From Piromyces finnis finn (taxonomy: Eukaryota; Fungi; Neocallimastigomycota), in contig MCFH01000037.1 in assembly GCA_002104945.1 (NCBI GenBank), positions 248,001-312,000 on the forward strand: 64,000 bases of DNA, given 5' to 3'. The position numbers and the translations under genes were made by a program. Positions 1 through 14,000 of the stretch are shown piece after piece (the first letter of the stretch is position 1; the number at the start of each line of letters is the position of its first letter). Below the pieces are notes generated by a model. It did not search any database, was not told the DNA's origin, and worked only from the letters and a program-made list of their open reading frames with translations.

Positions 1-1177
1 AAATGCATTTATTAAAAGCGAACTTTTATTGTATATTGGGTATGTATTTAATATTTAATTTAAAGAATTTTTCTAGTAAATGATTAATTTATAATTAAAG
101 TCTAATATTTTGTTGCTGTTGTTGTTATTGTTGTTGTTGATATACAAGTTTTACAAATTTACAGATATATATATATTTATAATTAATTTTAAAATTTATG
201 TTAAAAACCTGTTTTTCATAAATAAATGAATAAAAAAATTAATAAATAAATAAATAAATAAATTAAATAACATAGAATTATATATTATAAGATTAAAATA
301 CTATTATTTTACCAAACTCAAACGAACATTAATATTTTAATCTTGTAACTAATATTTAAATATTATATATTGCATGCTTAAGCTTACACAATAACATATA
401 TATATATAATATATTATATATATGCCATTGTGTAAGCTATAAATTAAAACATTTATTTATATATATATATTTATTTATAAAGTTTAATATTAATATAAAT
501 AATTATACAGAAATGCTAGAGTTATTTTATTTTTCCAAAATATTTGATTAGAACTCAAACAGGTACTCTATGAAATAAGATTTTAGAAATAATATTATAT
601 GAGATATTTTCAAAATCTTCCTTTTTTAATAATATTGGAAGATGATAAAGATAATACTAGAATTAATTTTTATTAATACATTTTTCAATTTTATTTCAAA
701 AATCAATGAAAGTATGAATTTAGGTTTTCTTCATTTATTTTATTTATTAAAATTTCAATAATTCACTCATTCATTTAAAGAATAATGGTTATTTGAGAAA
801 TCAAGAAACATTATGTAGCTTTAAATATTTAAGTTGAATTATTAACTTTATTTGATTTCTATAAGGTTGTTTATTCTATGTAGTTTATTGAGTGATAATT
901 GGTGAAAATACAGCTAATAATATCAAGAAAAACCAATATATATTTAAAATAAGATTTACAAGTAAAAAGAATTTATTAAATATACCAATATCTAGTAAAT
1001 AATAGCAAGTCATCATTAATTTAATTTTTTATTTTATTATTAATATGTTATTATAACTAATTCATTTTCAAAATAAATTTTTAAATAAATATAAAAAAAT
1101 TATATTAAATTAATTTATTTAATCATTATATTTAATATTTAAAAAATTTTATTTTAAAAATTTTTATAAAGACAGAA

Positions 1178-4039
1178 ATGTCAGATTATGAAAGTAATGA
1201 TTATGATGAAGATTTTAATTGGATTGGTCCGGGAAAAGAGGAAATAGCGCCTCAATTATCAAGCCGAAAAACAAAAACATCACAAAGAACGGTTCAAATG
1301 GTATTAAAATATGAAAAAATAAAAATTAATAATAAAATTTACAGTATTGGAAATGTCATTACTTATGGTCAAATGTCAAATCAAAATGTTGGAAAAATTA
1401 AAGCCATGTGGGTCGATGAAAATCAAGTAAGGAAAGATATCATAGAAATAATAAAATATACCCGAAAGAAAATAAGAAGAAGAAAAGGTGTTTCTGATCC
1501 TTCATTTAAAGTAAATGAATTTTATTAATATTAATATATATGAAGTTTTCTGAAAATAATTTGAAATATATGAGAATTTAAAATAGAAATTATTTTTTCA
1601 TTTTAAATTCTCGTATTGGATTGATGATAATGAATTGTCAATTTAAATTTATATATAAATATTATTTACTAAAGTATAATTTGTAAATCATTTATTCAAT
1701 AAAAAAAAAATAGGAATTGCTTATTATGGATGATACAATTATAATTTCACCATATGATGTAATAAATCAATGTACCTTATATACAAAAGAAGAATTTGAT
1801 AAATTAACTTTGGATGAACAACTTGCCAATAATATTTATTTTTATGATAATAAAGAATTAGATGCTATTTCCTCAAAAAGGAAACGAAAAACAAAAAAGT
1901 TATTAAATTCTGTTAAAACAAAAATTGTGGTAATTTAATTATATAAATTTTATAAATAGTGTATATCTTAATATAAATATATTTTATTAAAAATTCATAT
2001 ATGGTTTTTTATTCCCATTTTATATATATATATATTATATTAAAAAAAAAAAAGATAAATAATTCAGATAGTGAAAAAGAAAATGATGATGAGAGTGAGT
2101 ATGAAATTGAAATTGATACAGAAGATGAAGAAGAAATTAATAAAAAGAAAAAAAGAATAAGACGAAAAAAGACTTCATTAAAACCAAAAATTTCTAGAAA
2201 TGTAAAAAATATTATGTAACTATATTTAAATAAAACTACAATGTCAATAATATAAATTGTTGAAAAATTAATATTAAGACAATATTGCTAACCAATAAAT
2301 TTATATAATATTTGATGTAATAAAATAAATTTTTATGAATATAGTATACCAAAAGCTATCCCAAGTCGTAATATACCATTAAGTGAGTCACTATCAGATT
2401 ATGAAAAAGCAAGAAAATTACTTCATGTTTCTGCTGTGCCAGATTCTTTACCTTGTAGAGAAAAGGAGTTCGCTGAGATTTATTCATATTTAGAATGTGC
2501 TATTGCTCAAGAATCAGGATGTTGTTTATGTATGTATATTATGTATATCATTTAACAATATATATATATTGTTTCAAGAAAGAATATATAGAAAATTTAA
2601 ATTTGGAAATTACTTATAAATGATTTAATTTAATTCTTAAAGATATATCAGGTGTACCTGGAACTGGAAAAACAGCAACTGTAAGAGAAGTTATTAGATG
2701 TTTAAATCAACAGGTTGAAGAACAGGTATTGCTCAATATCAATATCAATATTATTAATTATATATAAAATAATAATAATAAAATTATATTTATTTAAAAA
2801 ATAAAAGAAATTAAATGATTTCCAATTTGTTGAAATCAATGGCATGAAAATTACAGACCCTACTCATTCTTACATTCTATTATGGAAAGCTCTAAGTAAT
2901 TCTGATGATAAAATTACTTCTAAACATGCTGCTGAACTTTTGGAATCTACTTTTTCGAATACTAGTTCCAATAGAGTACCATGGTAATAATATATTCTTG
3001 TATTTTAGGATATTTATAAACAATCATAATTACTATTGTTAAAACTATACCTTTTAATAATGAAATATTTAGTGTCGTACTTATGGATGAATTAGATTTA
3101 TTAGTTACAAAAAAGCAATCAGTTATGTATAACTTTTTCGATTGGCCCAATAGGCCATATTCTCATTTGATTGTAGTGGCAGTTGCTAATACTATGGATT
3201 TACCTGAAAGAATGTTAACTAATAAGGTTTCTAGTCGTTTGGGCCTTACTAGAATAAACTTCCAACCATATACACATGAACAGTTAATTACTATTGTGCA
3301 ATCACGTTTACAAGGTATTTCATCATTTTCTGATGATGCTATTCAGCTTTGCGCAAGAAGAGTTAGTGCTGTTTCTGGAGATGCACGTAGAGCTTTAGAT
3401 ATATGCAGGTAATTTTTATTAATTATAATATGATAGAAAAAAATAATTTTTTTTATTTTAAATTAATAAGAGTTAAATTTTAATTTAATTAATAATAATA
3501 GACAAGCTGTGGAAATTGTTGAACGACAAGCTAAGCAGAATAAAGGAGAAAAACCTTTAGTAACTCCAGCAATTATATCCCAAGTTACAAAATCTATTTT
3601 TGCTTCACCTGTGATGATGATCATAAAAAGAGCATGCCTTCACCAAAAAATATTTTTAATCTCTGTAGTAAACGAATTAAGAAGAAGTGGTATTGGTGAA
3701 ACTTCTTTTGGTAATGTAAGTTATATTAAAAAATAATATTACTAGAGAGTGAAATTAATATATAAAATTATAAAATCAATTTCTTAACTTGTAATTATAA
3801 AATTTCAATAAAATAAAAAGGTATCAAATGAACATCTCAGTCTTTGTAGAATATATAATATAGAAAGACCAACTATTTCAGATTTATCTGGAATATGTTC
3901 AACTTTAGGTGGCATTAAATGTTTAATTGTAGAAGGAGGTAGAGCTGATTTGTATGGTAGAGTAAGATTAAATGTTAATGAAGAAGATATTATAATGGCC
4001 TTAAAAAACGATTCCATAGTGGGGAAAATGATTAGATAA
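1178..4039 (+). CDS. ORC1: Origin recognition complex subunit 1 (BAH-like N-terminus + AAA+ ATPase), multi-exon
   Basis: Spliced exons give Walker [13 protein letters not shown] (~2645-2685), Walker B VVLMDELD (~3073-3097), FFDWP, SSRLG and sensor-2 [12 protein letters not shown] basic/acidic N-terminus with a BAH-like segment favours ORC1 over CDC6. Stop TAA at 4037-4039. N-terminal exon junctions are approximate. Confidence 0.9.
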
Positions 4040-5001
4040 TACAATTCCTTTTTAAAATTTAATATATTTTTTATTAGAAAAGTATAAATAAAAAAAAAAA
4101 AAAAAAATTCATGTAAATATTATATAGTATTAATAATTAGTTTTCTATTTATTTTTTAAATAATATTATTCTTTATCTATTAATTTTTTAAATTAAAATT
4201 AAATCTATTAAATATTATAATAAAAAGAATTAAATAATAGTAATTAAGAAGTATAATTTTTTTTTTAAAAAAAATATTAATATTTTTATTTTATAGAATT
4301 CATTTAAATAAATTAATAAAAAAAAAAAAAAAGTAAATTGATAATAATGATCAATATCAATAAAAAGTTGCCTTTAATATAAAAAGGTTAATATATATTC
4401 TTTATCTCATTATTTCTTATAAATATCTTTTTTATTAAATAAATAATTTTTTATTTTTATTATTTTATTTTATTTTATTATTATTATTTTTATTATTTTT
4501 TTTTTTTTTTACTTAAATATAGGCATATGATAATATAAATAAAATATAATAAATAAAACGTTAAACTAATCTTATTTATATAAAATTATTCAAAAAAAAT
4601 ATTAAAATAAAAATATTTTTTCTTTTTTTTTTACTCTCTTTTTAAAATATTATTTTTATATATATAATAAATTTTAATATAATAAATATAACTTTAATTT
4701 TATAATTATTAAATAAAATATATAAAAAAGAAAAAAAGTATATATATATATATATATTAAGTAAACGGCATATGTTGTATTTTTTATTTTTGATATTAAA
4801 TTACTTTTTTTTTTTTTTTTACTTTGTTTTTTGTTGTTATTTTTTTTTTTTTTCTTTATGTTTCTATTTTTTTTTTTTTTATTTTTAGTTGATACTATTT
4901 TTGTTATTAATTTTTACTTTCGGTTTCATAAATTAATTAATCCAACTTTTTATTTTTTATGTTTTCAATTAGTAAGTATACTTTTATATTTAAAAATTAA
5001 A

Positions 5002-8000
5002 TTATGCAAATCCAAAACCAACTGAACATTCATTAATAGCTAATAATAATGCTTTTCTTAAATGTTCATAAGATTCGTATGCAGGAATATCTAATTGGTT
5101 GAAACTGAATATATATAATAAAAATATAAAAATAAATAATTTGAAAAAAGTTAAAAATTTATGTAAAATAATTATTCTATGTTACATACCATGTATGAGC
5201 AGATGGAAGTCTTTCAATTGAACCAAAGTCTTTATGAATTTGGAATTTTTGAATACCATTTACACCTTGGAGACTAGAGAAACCTTCTAATGGAACTTTA
5301 GAAGTACCGGTGGTAAATTGAATAAGTTTAGCTCTTTCTTCTTGAGTGAAACTACGAACAGCTCTCCAGAACCATTGAACTTGTGGTGAAGATGAACTAT
5401 AGTTTTCATAAACTGTATTATTCTTCCAATCATCAATATCAATATCTGGAAGACCAGAAATTAAAAGTTCTAATTCTTGTTCATTAAATATAGATATAAG
5501 GGAGTGTGGGATAATATCATGGAAACCATCAAGGAAAGCCTCAATTTGTTTTTTAATAGCAACAGTTAATCTTTGTTCAGTAACTAATTTAACATATTCC
5601 ACCTTATTATCTTCAGTAACAGGAATATTTCTACCATCAGGCTTCAAATCAATAATACTTTTCTTACCAAATTCATCAATTTCTAAACTGAATGTTAAAT
5701 CTAATACATCTGTAATATCATTATGAAGTATCCATTCTAAACTTTTGAAGTATTCAGGATCAATAGCTTCAATATCCTTGTAATCTACATCAATATTTAA
5801 TATGTGCTTATAGAAGGAACGAGTAAAGTAACAATCTAAGCATCTACCATCATAAATAGCTTTACCAATAATTCTTCCAACAAACTTGAAGAAAGAAAGA
5901 TGATCTGGATTAATCCAAGAATTACGATTTGGTTGATATGTAACTCTATCAACAGCTGATGGTTTGAAAAGTGCATAATCTGGATTAAACATTTGACGAG
6001 CTAAAGCAGAGAACCATTCACGAGTAATACCACCAACATCAACACCTTCTTCTTCAGCAAAACGAACATTTAACTTACTATACTTTATTTCATTACCAGT
6101 CTTACCTTGTAATTTATGGAATGAATCTTCAAATACGTATTGTCTTCTAACAGCAATTTGAAGAGTACCAAAATGCTCACGAGTATTTCGTTTATGTAAT
6201 TGTTGATTGAAATATGTTCTTTTATTATCAAAGTCTAAAATCTTAGAGTTGCTAACAAGAAGAGCAAAGGAATTTTTCATTAATGATGGGTTGTTTCTTA
6301 CCATAGTATTCAAAATCTTACGATGTTCATTTGTCATGGAATAGAAAATTTCTTCATTTGTTTGATTATCCATATCATTAGGATCACTGTTCAAAAGCTG
6401 TACTGAACTTTGATATTTTTCTGGTTTATCTAATACATATGGTTTAGAAATAACCATAAATGATTCAATTAATGGTAACAATATAGTAGCTACATGAATT
6501 AAATCACGATTATTATTAATAATAGTTAATATATGACCTAATTTGTTCCATAATGGTTTTATAGTTAACTGATCATAAATATGTAAAAGTTCATCTTCAT
6601 TTGGTTTGCTAATTAATTTTTTATTTGGCGGAGCAGTAATCTTATCATCTTTATTAGAAGATGTGGAGTTTTCTTCTTTATTACTATTTGAATTTGATGT
6701 AATATCTTTCATTTTGTTTTGGTTAAGTTCATCAGAAGAATTATTTCTACTCTTACTTATTCTTTTAGTTTCTAAAAAGTCAATGGCTTTTAGAATTCTT
6801 AAAATTTGAGCTTGTTTGGAAGATGCTGAAGTTAAATCATGGAAAGTTAACTTTTGAACTTCAATACTTTGATCAGAAAGAGTTTTTGTTAAATCAATTA
6901 ATTCACTCTGGATATCATCAATAATCTTTTGAACAGCATTAACCAATTGATGCATTATAGCATTATAATATTCTTTTAAAGAAGAAATACTTTGAAGGAT
7001 AATTAAGGTATTTTGGAAGGTCTTTATAGTACATTCACTAACAATAAAGATATTTACAATTGAATTACAATAATGAATTGGAATATGAATATTCGGTGTC
7101 TTTTGTGATTTAGAAACAGAAGATTTTGATTTAGAAGTAACATTAATTTTGCTATCACCTGAACTATTATCAACATTACCATGTTGATTATCATTATTGG
7201 CGGAAGTATCGTTTTTATTTTCTTCTTTATCATTGGATGAAGGTTGACCCAAATTACGTAAAATTTGAGATAACAAGAATGTTGTTTTTTCCATTAAAAT
7301 TGGATTGGTTAGGAAGGATGAACGGTCCAATAAGCTTAATAATATTACTATTGGATATTTATATGTTGTTGTCTTTTCTTTTCCCTTTAATTTCTTTAAA
7401 GAGGGTTTTCTTGTAAGATTAACATTAAAGTTTTCATTTGAGGTTAAGAAATATTGTCTAATTTGTTCATTATTAGCTACTAAATATATAAGAGTATCTA
7501 AAGATCTTTTAGCAACCAAATTTGGAATGTAATCATTAGAAGAATGAATATTTTGATTTGGAGTAGAAGAACTAATACTTTTTTTGGTAGAAGCCTTTCC
7601 TTTATTTTTAATAGACATTTGAGCAAAGTTTTTATCAACATCAGCTAAATCACTACTACCATCAATTAAAATACATAAAAGAATGGAAATAACTTCACTT
7701 CTAGTTTTACTATTCTTACTCAAATTAGACAATATTTTTTGAATTGCTTCAACAGTGGCAGAACCCTTTTGAATAAACAATAAACGAATAATTGATGCCA
7801 AAGCTGGTTTTTCTAATAATTGACCAAGTTCTTTCTTTTCTTTAATTATCTTCTTCTTGGTGACAGTTTTCTTTGGAATTAAAAATGGATTAAATGGATT
7901 CATACCATTTTCATTACCATAGTATAAATTATATAAATTATTGTCCATACCAAATGGTCTATTAGAGTCTATCATTCTTCTATCAACATTTCTTCTTTCT

Positions 8001-11000
8001 CTTTCAAAACGGTCATATTGCATAACTTCTTCTCTAATTTCATCAGGTAGAGCAAAAAGAAATTCATTATTAAATTCATCATTGGATGAAAGTGTAGCAG
8101 CTGAAGCTTGGTTAGCTCTGGTTTCGCTAATATGTTGATCAATTATTTCTTGACGTAAATCATCTGGAAGGGCTTCTAAGAAGGTTGGATCAATGCCAGT
8201 ATTGGTTATATCAACTTCACGACCATTCACCATAACAGTAACCCTTTCTGTTGATTGTTCATTGGAAGAAGCATTATTATTATTATTGTCAGTCATAACA
8301 GCATCGCTATTTTCATTATTTGAAGCAGAAGTTGCTTGTTCTTGTAATCTTTGTTGACGAGCATTTTCTTCTAACTCCTCTTGTCTTTTTCTTTCTTCTT
8401 CTTCTTTTCTCTTTCTTTCTTCTTCCATTTGTTTTTTTTTCTTTTCTTCTTCAGCCTTCTTTTTTCTTTCTTCTTCTTCCTTTCTTTTCTTTTCTTCTTC
8501 AATAGCTTCAGGTAATAATTTATCAATAATGCACTTTTGAATATATTTATTGTATTTTTTATTTGGATTAATATTTAAGAAACGATATTCTTGTTTCCAA
8601 CGTTTTTGAGTACTGAGTATATTATATATACTAATATTATCATTCATAGATTTATATTGATCATCATTTGGAAGGAATAATGTTGAATTGATAACGTTTG
8701 GCATTCTAATAGAATTAACAAAAGATGGATTTATTTCTTGGAAAAGTCTTTCCATAAATTGAAGAGCTCTATTTCCTATTTGAGATTGATCATTACTAAA
8801 TCTTCCGTCATTATTTTCATTAGTTGTAGGACGACCAGAAAGAAGTGGATGTGTATTAATTTCATTATTGTTGGTTTGTGGTCGAATAATTCTGTTATCA
8901 ATAGCTCTTAAAATATTTTCAATATTTCTTGGATCAGAAGAGTTTGGAAGTCTGAATTCAATACCTTGAGGACTTAATTGAATTTCCATAACGCCGCTTC
9001 TTCCGTTAAGCCAATTTTCTTGTTCAGGAGTAAGATCTTCTTCTCTTTCATCACTATCCCATATAAATCTTCTATTATATCCTAAAAGATCATCATCATC
9101 TTCTTCATCTGCATGTAAGAATTCATCAATTTCTTCTTCATCATTTAATTCATTATCATCATCATCGTCATCCTCTTCTTCTCCTTCATCTCCTACTTCG
9201 ATTATTCCATCATTATTAATATTACTATCTTCAACTCTTACTATTTCAGTATTTCCACTACCAAGATCACTACCATTAGCACCAACAACTTCATTATTTT
9301 GAAGGATATTATCAATACTCATATCATCTTCATGAATACTATATGGCGTTTCCCATCTCATTTGATCATCATTTTCATTCATAATAATTACGTTATCTGG
9401 ATTATTGATTCCATCTTCAACAATAACATCATTATCATTATTATCATCATCTTCGTCAACTTCGATTTCTTCAATTTCGTCATTGCCATTGCCATTGTCA
9501 TCATCATCATCATCATCATCATCATCACCTTCATTTTCATACGGTCTCATGACAATTTCCATTTCAACATCTGGATTTTCATCATCTTCTTCACTATCTT
9601 CCTCAATATCACTAATTTCACTTTCATCAGACATATCTTCTTCAGTACCAATAAAGCCATCTTCATCAAAATCATCTTCATCAAAATCATCTTCATCTTC
9701 TAAATCGCCGTCATCGTCATCATCGTCTTCATTATTCTCATTTTCACCACTAAAAATACCAAGCGCAGAAGTTCTGTACATATCAGAAATTTCATGTTCT
9801 TCATCACGTGGGATTTCTGAATCACCATTACTATTTGGAATATTGTTACTACCTTCTTCTTGAACTTGAATAACAGTGGTAGTTTCAGTATATTTATTAA
9901 TTTCAATAGCTGATAAAACTAAAAGATCCAATGGTTTAATTAAATTATAAATAATATGAGAAGCTTGAGGATGATTAACATCAACATCAGAAACCATGTT
10001 AGTTAAAAGAATAACATAGTTATTTTCAAGCATTAACTTTGCAATTGCTAATGGGAATTCTTCAAATTTCTTAGAAATATGTTGTGGCTTAAAATTAATC
10101 AATTTCAAGCAAAGCTTAGCCAAACCGGAATAATATCTGTACTTTTGTTCAAGAGTACCTTGTCTACTAAGACTATCTTTTAAACATTGACCAATTACTT
10201 CAATAACATTCTTTCTTAAGGTTTCTAACGAATAATTTTGTAATTTTTCAAAGTCGTAGCTTTCAGTTGAAATTAAATTATAGAAAAGTTTAATAAAAAT
10301 ATTTGATTCGATATATCTAAATTTGTGTTTGTTTCTTTCTTGGTTTTGTGATTCTTCTTCTAATGAATTTTCAATTAGATCATTAAGGATATATTCTTCA
10401 ATTAAATAGGTAAGAAGTTTCTTACTTCCCAATTTTTTATTATCTTTACAGTAATTAACTAAATTCATTTTACATGTAGGGTAACTAAATACTAATTCAG
10501 TAAGACATTGAATAATGAATGCATGTTCATTCAAAATAAGGTTCTTTTCTTTTGCGATCATTTCTTGAGCTGCCTTTAACTTAACGTCTTTTTCTTTTTC
10601 AGTAGAATTTTCACCATTATTATTAGTATCAGTTTTATTATTAGCTGTAAGACTTTGAATTTCAGGTAACTGAAGAACTTCATTTAGACTACTAACTGAA
10701 TTCATACTTTTGCATTCAATGAATTCTTCTATTAAGAAGTTAATAATTGGCTCAGTAGCTTTAACTAATTCACTGTTAAGTTCAATAATAATTTTTGATT
10801 CTTCTATTTTACCTTTATTATCATCTTCTATCTTTACCTTTGAACTTTGAATATCTGAAGTAGTACTCTTGTTCTCTTCATTTTGTTCATTAATTTCTTC
10901 TTCTAAAACTTCTTCATCATTATCACTACTATTATTCTTCTTAATGTAATTCTTCTGTAATGTTATATAATAATCTGGATTTGGAGAAGTTAGTTTACAA

Positions 11001-14000
11001 ACATCAATAGAAGATTCAATAAATAACTGTGGATTACGTTCAATTATGTATGGGAATACAGTCATTATATAATTTTTTATATCTGTAGTAGACTGTCTGA
11101 CTCTATTCATTTGTAAAAATATTTCTTTTTTAAATAATTCTTTTAATATTTCAGGCTGTTCAACCAAGTGACGAAGAATAATAATTATAAGATTATTTTG
11201 GCCTTGGAAAATTTCAGAAGATTTATTAACCTTTGAACGGAATAATGCTTTTAATCCATTTATACTGATAAAGTATTGAGCAATATTGTAATCATAAATT
11301 AATTCAATAATTAATCTATAGAAGCAGTGAAGAATGTCATTTTTAATATCATAATTATTCATAAAGAATATAATCTTTTCAATGATCTTAAATTGTAGAT
11401 CTTTTGAAATACTGCTATCCATTTTTTCAAATACCTTTGAACTATCTTTTCCAATTTCTTCTTCGTTTTCTTCTTCTTCAGGGAAATTATTTTTACCATT
11501 AACAATGAAAATATCAATTAAAAGTAAAGATGGCATAAACCATTCAAGATGTTCATCATTAGTTTCATTAATAAACATATTAATTGAAGAAATAATCAAA
11601 TTCTTAATTTCTTCAACGCATGTATTTTTAAAACCTTGATCATTAATGAATTTCAATAAAAGACGATATCTGGAACGTTCTCCTACAGAGTATAAATTAT
11701 TATTTTTATGATAATCTTCAATATCAGAAATAACCTTTTTAATAATATTTTTAATTTGATCTGTTTCCTTATTTAAGGAAACTAATAATGATTTAATATT
11801 GTTGATTGATTCTTCTGCAAATTCCATAATTGAATATAACCAATCTTCAACTTCTTTCTTTAATACTTCCCTTAATTCATTTAAATTCTTTCTAGTTTTA
11901 TCAATTTCTTCTGAGAGTGGTGAAGCTGTTCTTTCCGCTTCAAAACCAGAAAATAAATTTGAAAATTTGAAAATTGATGGAACAGATGATTCTAATGACA
12001 TTTCTAAAGCACGAGTTAAATCATTTCTGTCAGATTCATCCATCATATCAAAATCACCAAATATATCATTCATAGCAGAAGTGATATCATTTATTTCTTC
12101 CGCATTACTCATTGAAACGTCTTCATTATTATTTGTACTAGTTTCACCCTCATTATTATTGGAAGTTTCACCATTGTTACTTTCAACAGATGTTCTGCTT
12201 GGGTTTTCATTAGAGGAAGAAGCAATATTATTATTTTCATTAGAAGTGGATGCATTACCTTCAGTTGAAACATTATCATTAATATTATTATTAGAAGAGG
12301 ATTGATTATTTTCTGGAGCAGTAGTTGGAGTTGACTCTTCATTTTCTTCAATTAATTCAGGGTGACTTAATAAATAATCTGTGGCACGAGAAACATTATT
12401 TGAGCATTCAATTAAAGCCCTTTCACATGCTTTTCTTGGGAAACCCATATCCATTAAAATTGCTAATTGTTCTGGATTTGGTTTAACTTTTGGTTTTTGG
12501 AAAAGAATTGGTGGTGGTTTAATTGCTTTAAGTTCAGTACCATTTTCACCATTAGCTTTTAATATATTTTTAATAACAGTTACTATTCCATTAATAGTTT
12601 CTGGTGGAGCATTCTTAATATTCTCATCTTTCCAAATATCAAGAATAATTTTAATAATAAAATGTCTCATGATAACAATAAAGCCATTAACTTTAGTTTC
12701 CTCGAATGTAAGAATATAATGAAGATAACCAGAACCATTAATTGCATCATAAGAGGATAAATATATAAAAAGATTCATAATTTTACTTATACTCTGATTA
12801 TTTAAATCTAATTTTTCTTCAAGTTCATCACATTTATTTTCCTTTTTACTTTCATTTAATTCTTTATTTTGATTCCATAAATCATAAAATACCTTGTTAA
12901 GAATATCCCGATTTTCTTTCTTAGATAATGCCTTTATAAATTGAATATGGAAGAAATTGCTTGAACGTTCTAATATAATAAAGATTATTGTTGATTAATA
13001 TAATAATAACATCTATATATAATATATTATTACATACCATTAATATTAGCATTAGCAATTAAATTTAAATACATATTCAAAAATCTTAATGTGTGTACTT
13101 CTGAAACAGGTTTTTCTTTTTTTTTTTTTAATTTAACAAATTTTAATAGTTTTGAAATTTACATAAATAATAAATATTAATGACAAGTATTATCAATCTT
13201 TTTAAAATAATTTTTCTTTATATTAATTTTCTCATGTATCATCGATAAAGAATTAAACTCACCTTTATATGGGTATTCCAAAGCATTTAATATGCATTCA
13301 CTAAAACAATCAATAAAGGCGAATTTTGTTTTTCTAGTATTGTCATCATCTGAGTTTTTTCTTGTCATCAAAACCTTTGACATGGCTATTAGAATAAAAA
13401 AAATTATTATTTAATTTCAATTTTAATATAGAAATAATTAATTCCATGTTAAGTTATTTAACTTAATGTATTTAAGTATTATATAAAGAAATTTTATTTT
13501 CTATTATAAGTAAATAAATATCATTACATACCTTCATGTAAAGTGACGGAAGTAATAATGTATCTTTTTAATAAAAATTGTAAATATTTAAAATTCTTAA
13601 AAGCTGGATCTTCTACATTTATTTCACTTTCTAATTTACTCATTTCATCTTCAGTTTTCTTTGGAGAAAGTGAACCAACCATATATTCTGATATATCTGA
13701 TTTCATTAACTTCTTTCCATAGTTAAATTTATAATTTTCAATATATTCAAACCATTGAGAATTTTGTAAGAATCGCAATTTTAAAAAGTTCCATGAGCAT
13801 ATATTATTGTATTTACCAACTAATTTGATTATCTTTTTAGTAATATCAGGTTTAGACATAATAACATCCTTTAATAATATATGCTGATTCATTACACGAT
13901 ACTTATTAGTAATAAGTAAATCATTTAATAATTCTGTGATTGTTAAAATTGAAATTAATAAATGCATAATTTCATTTCCATCATTTAAAGTTGTTTCATC

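Noticed and set aside
6606-12719. Plus-strand ORFs (6606, 7305, 7941, 8320, 9299, 9405, 11382, 11799, 12381) and alternative-frame minus ORFs over the HECT gene
   Set aside because: Antisense or off-frame shadows of a long low-complexity exon; no independent coding signal.
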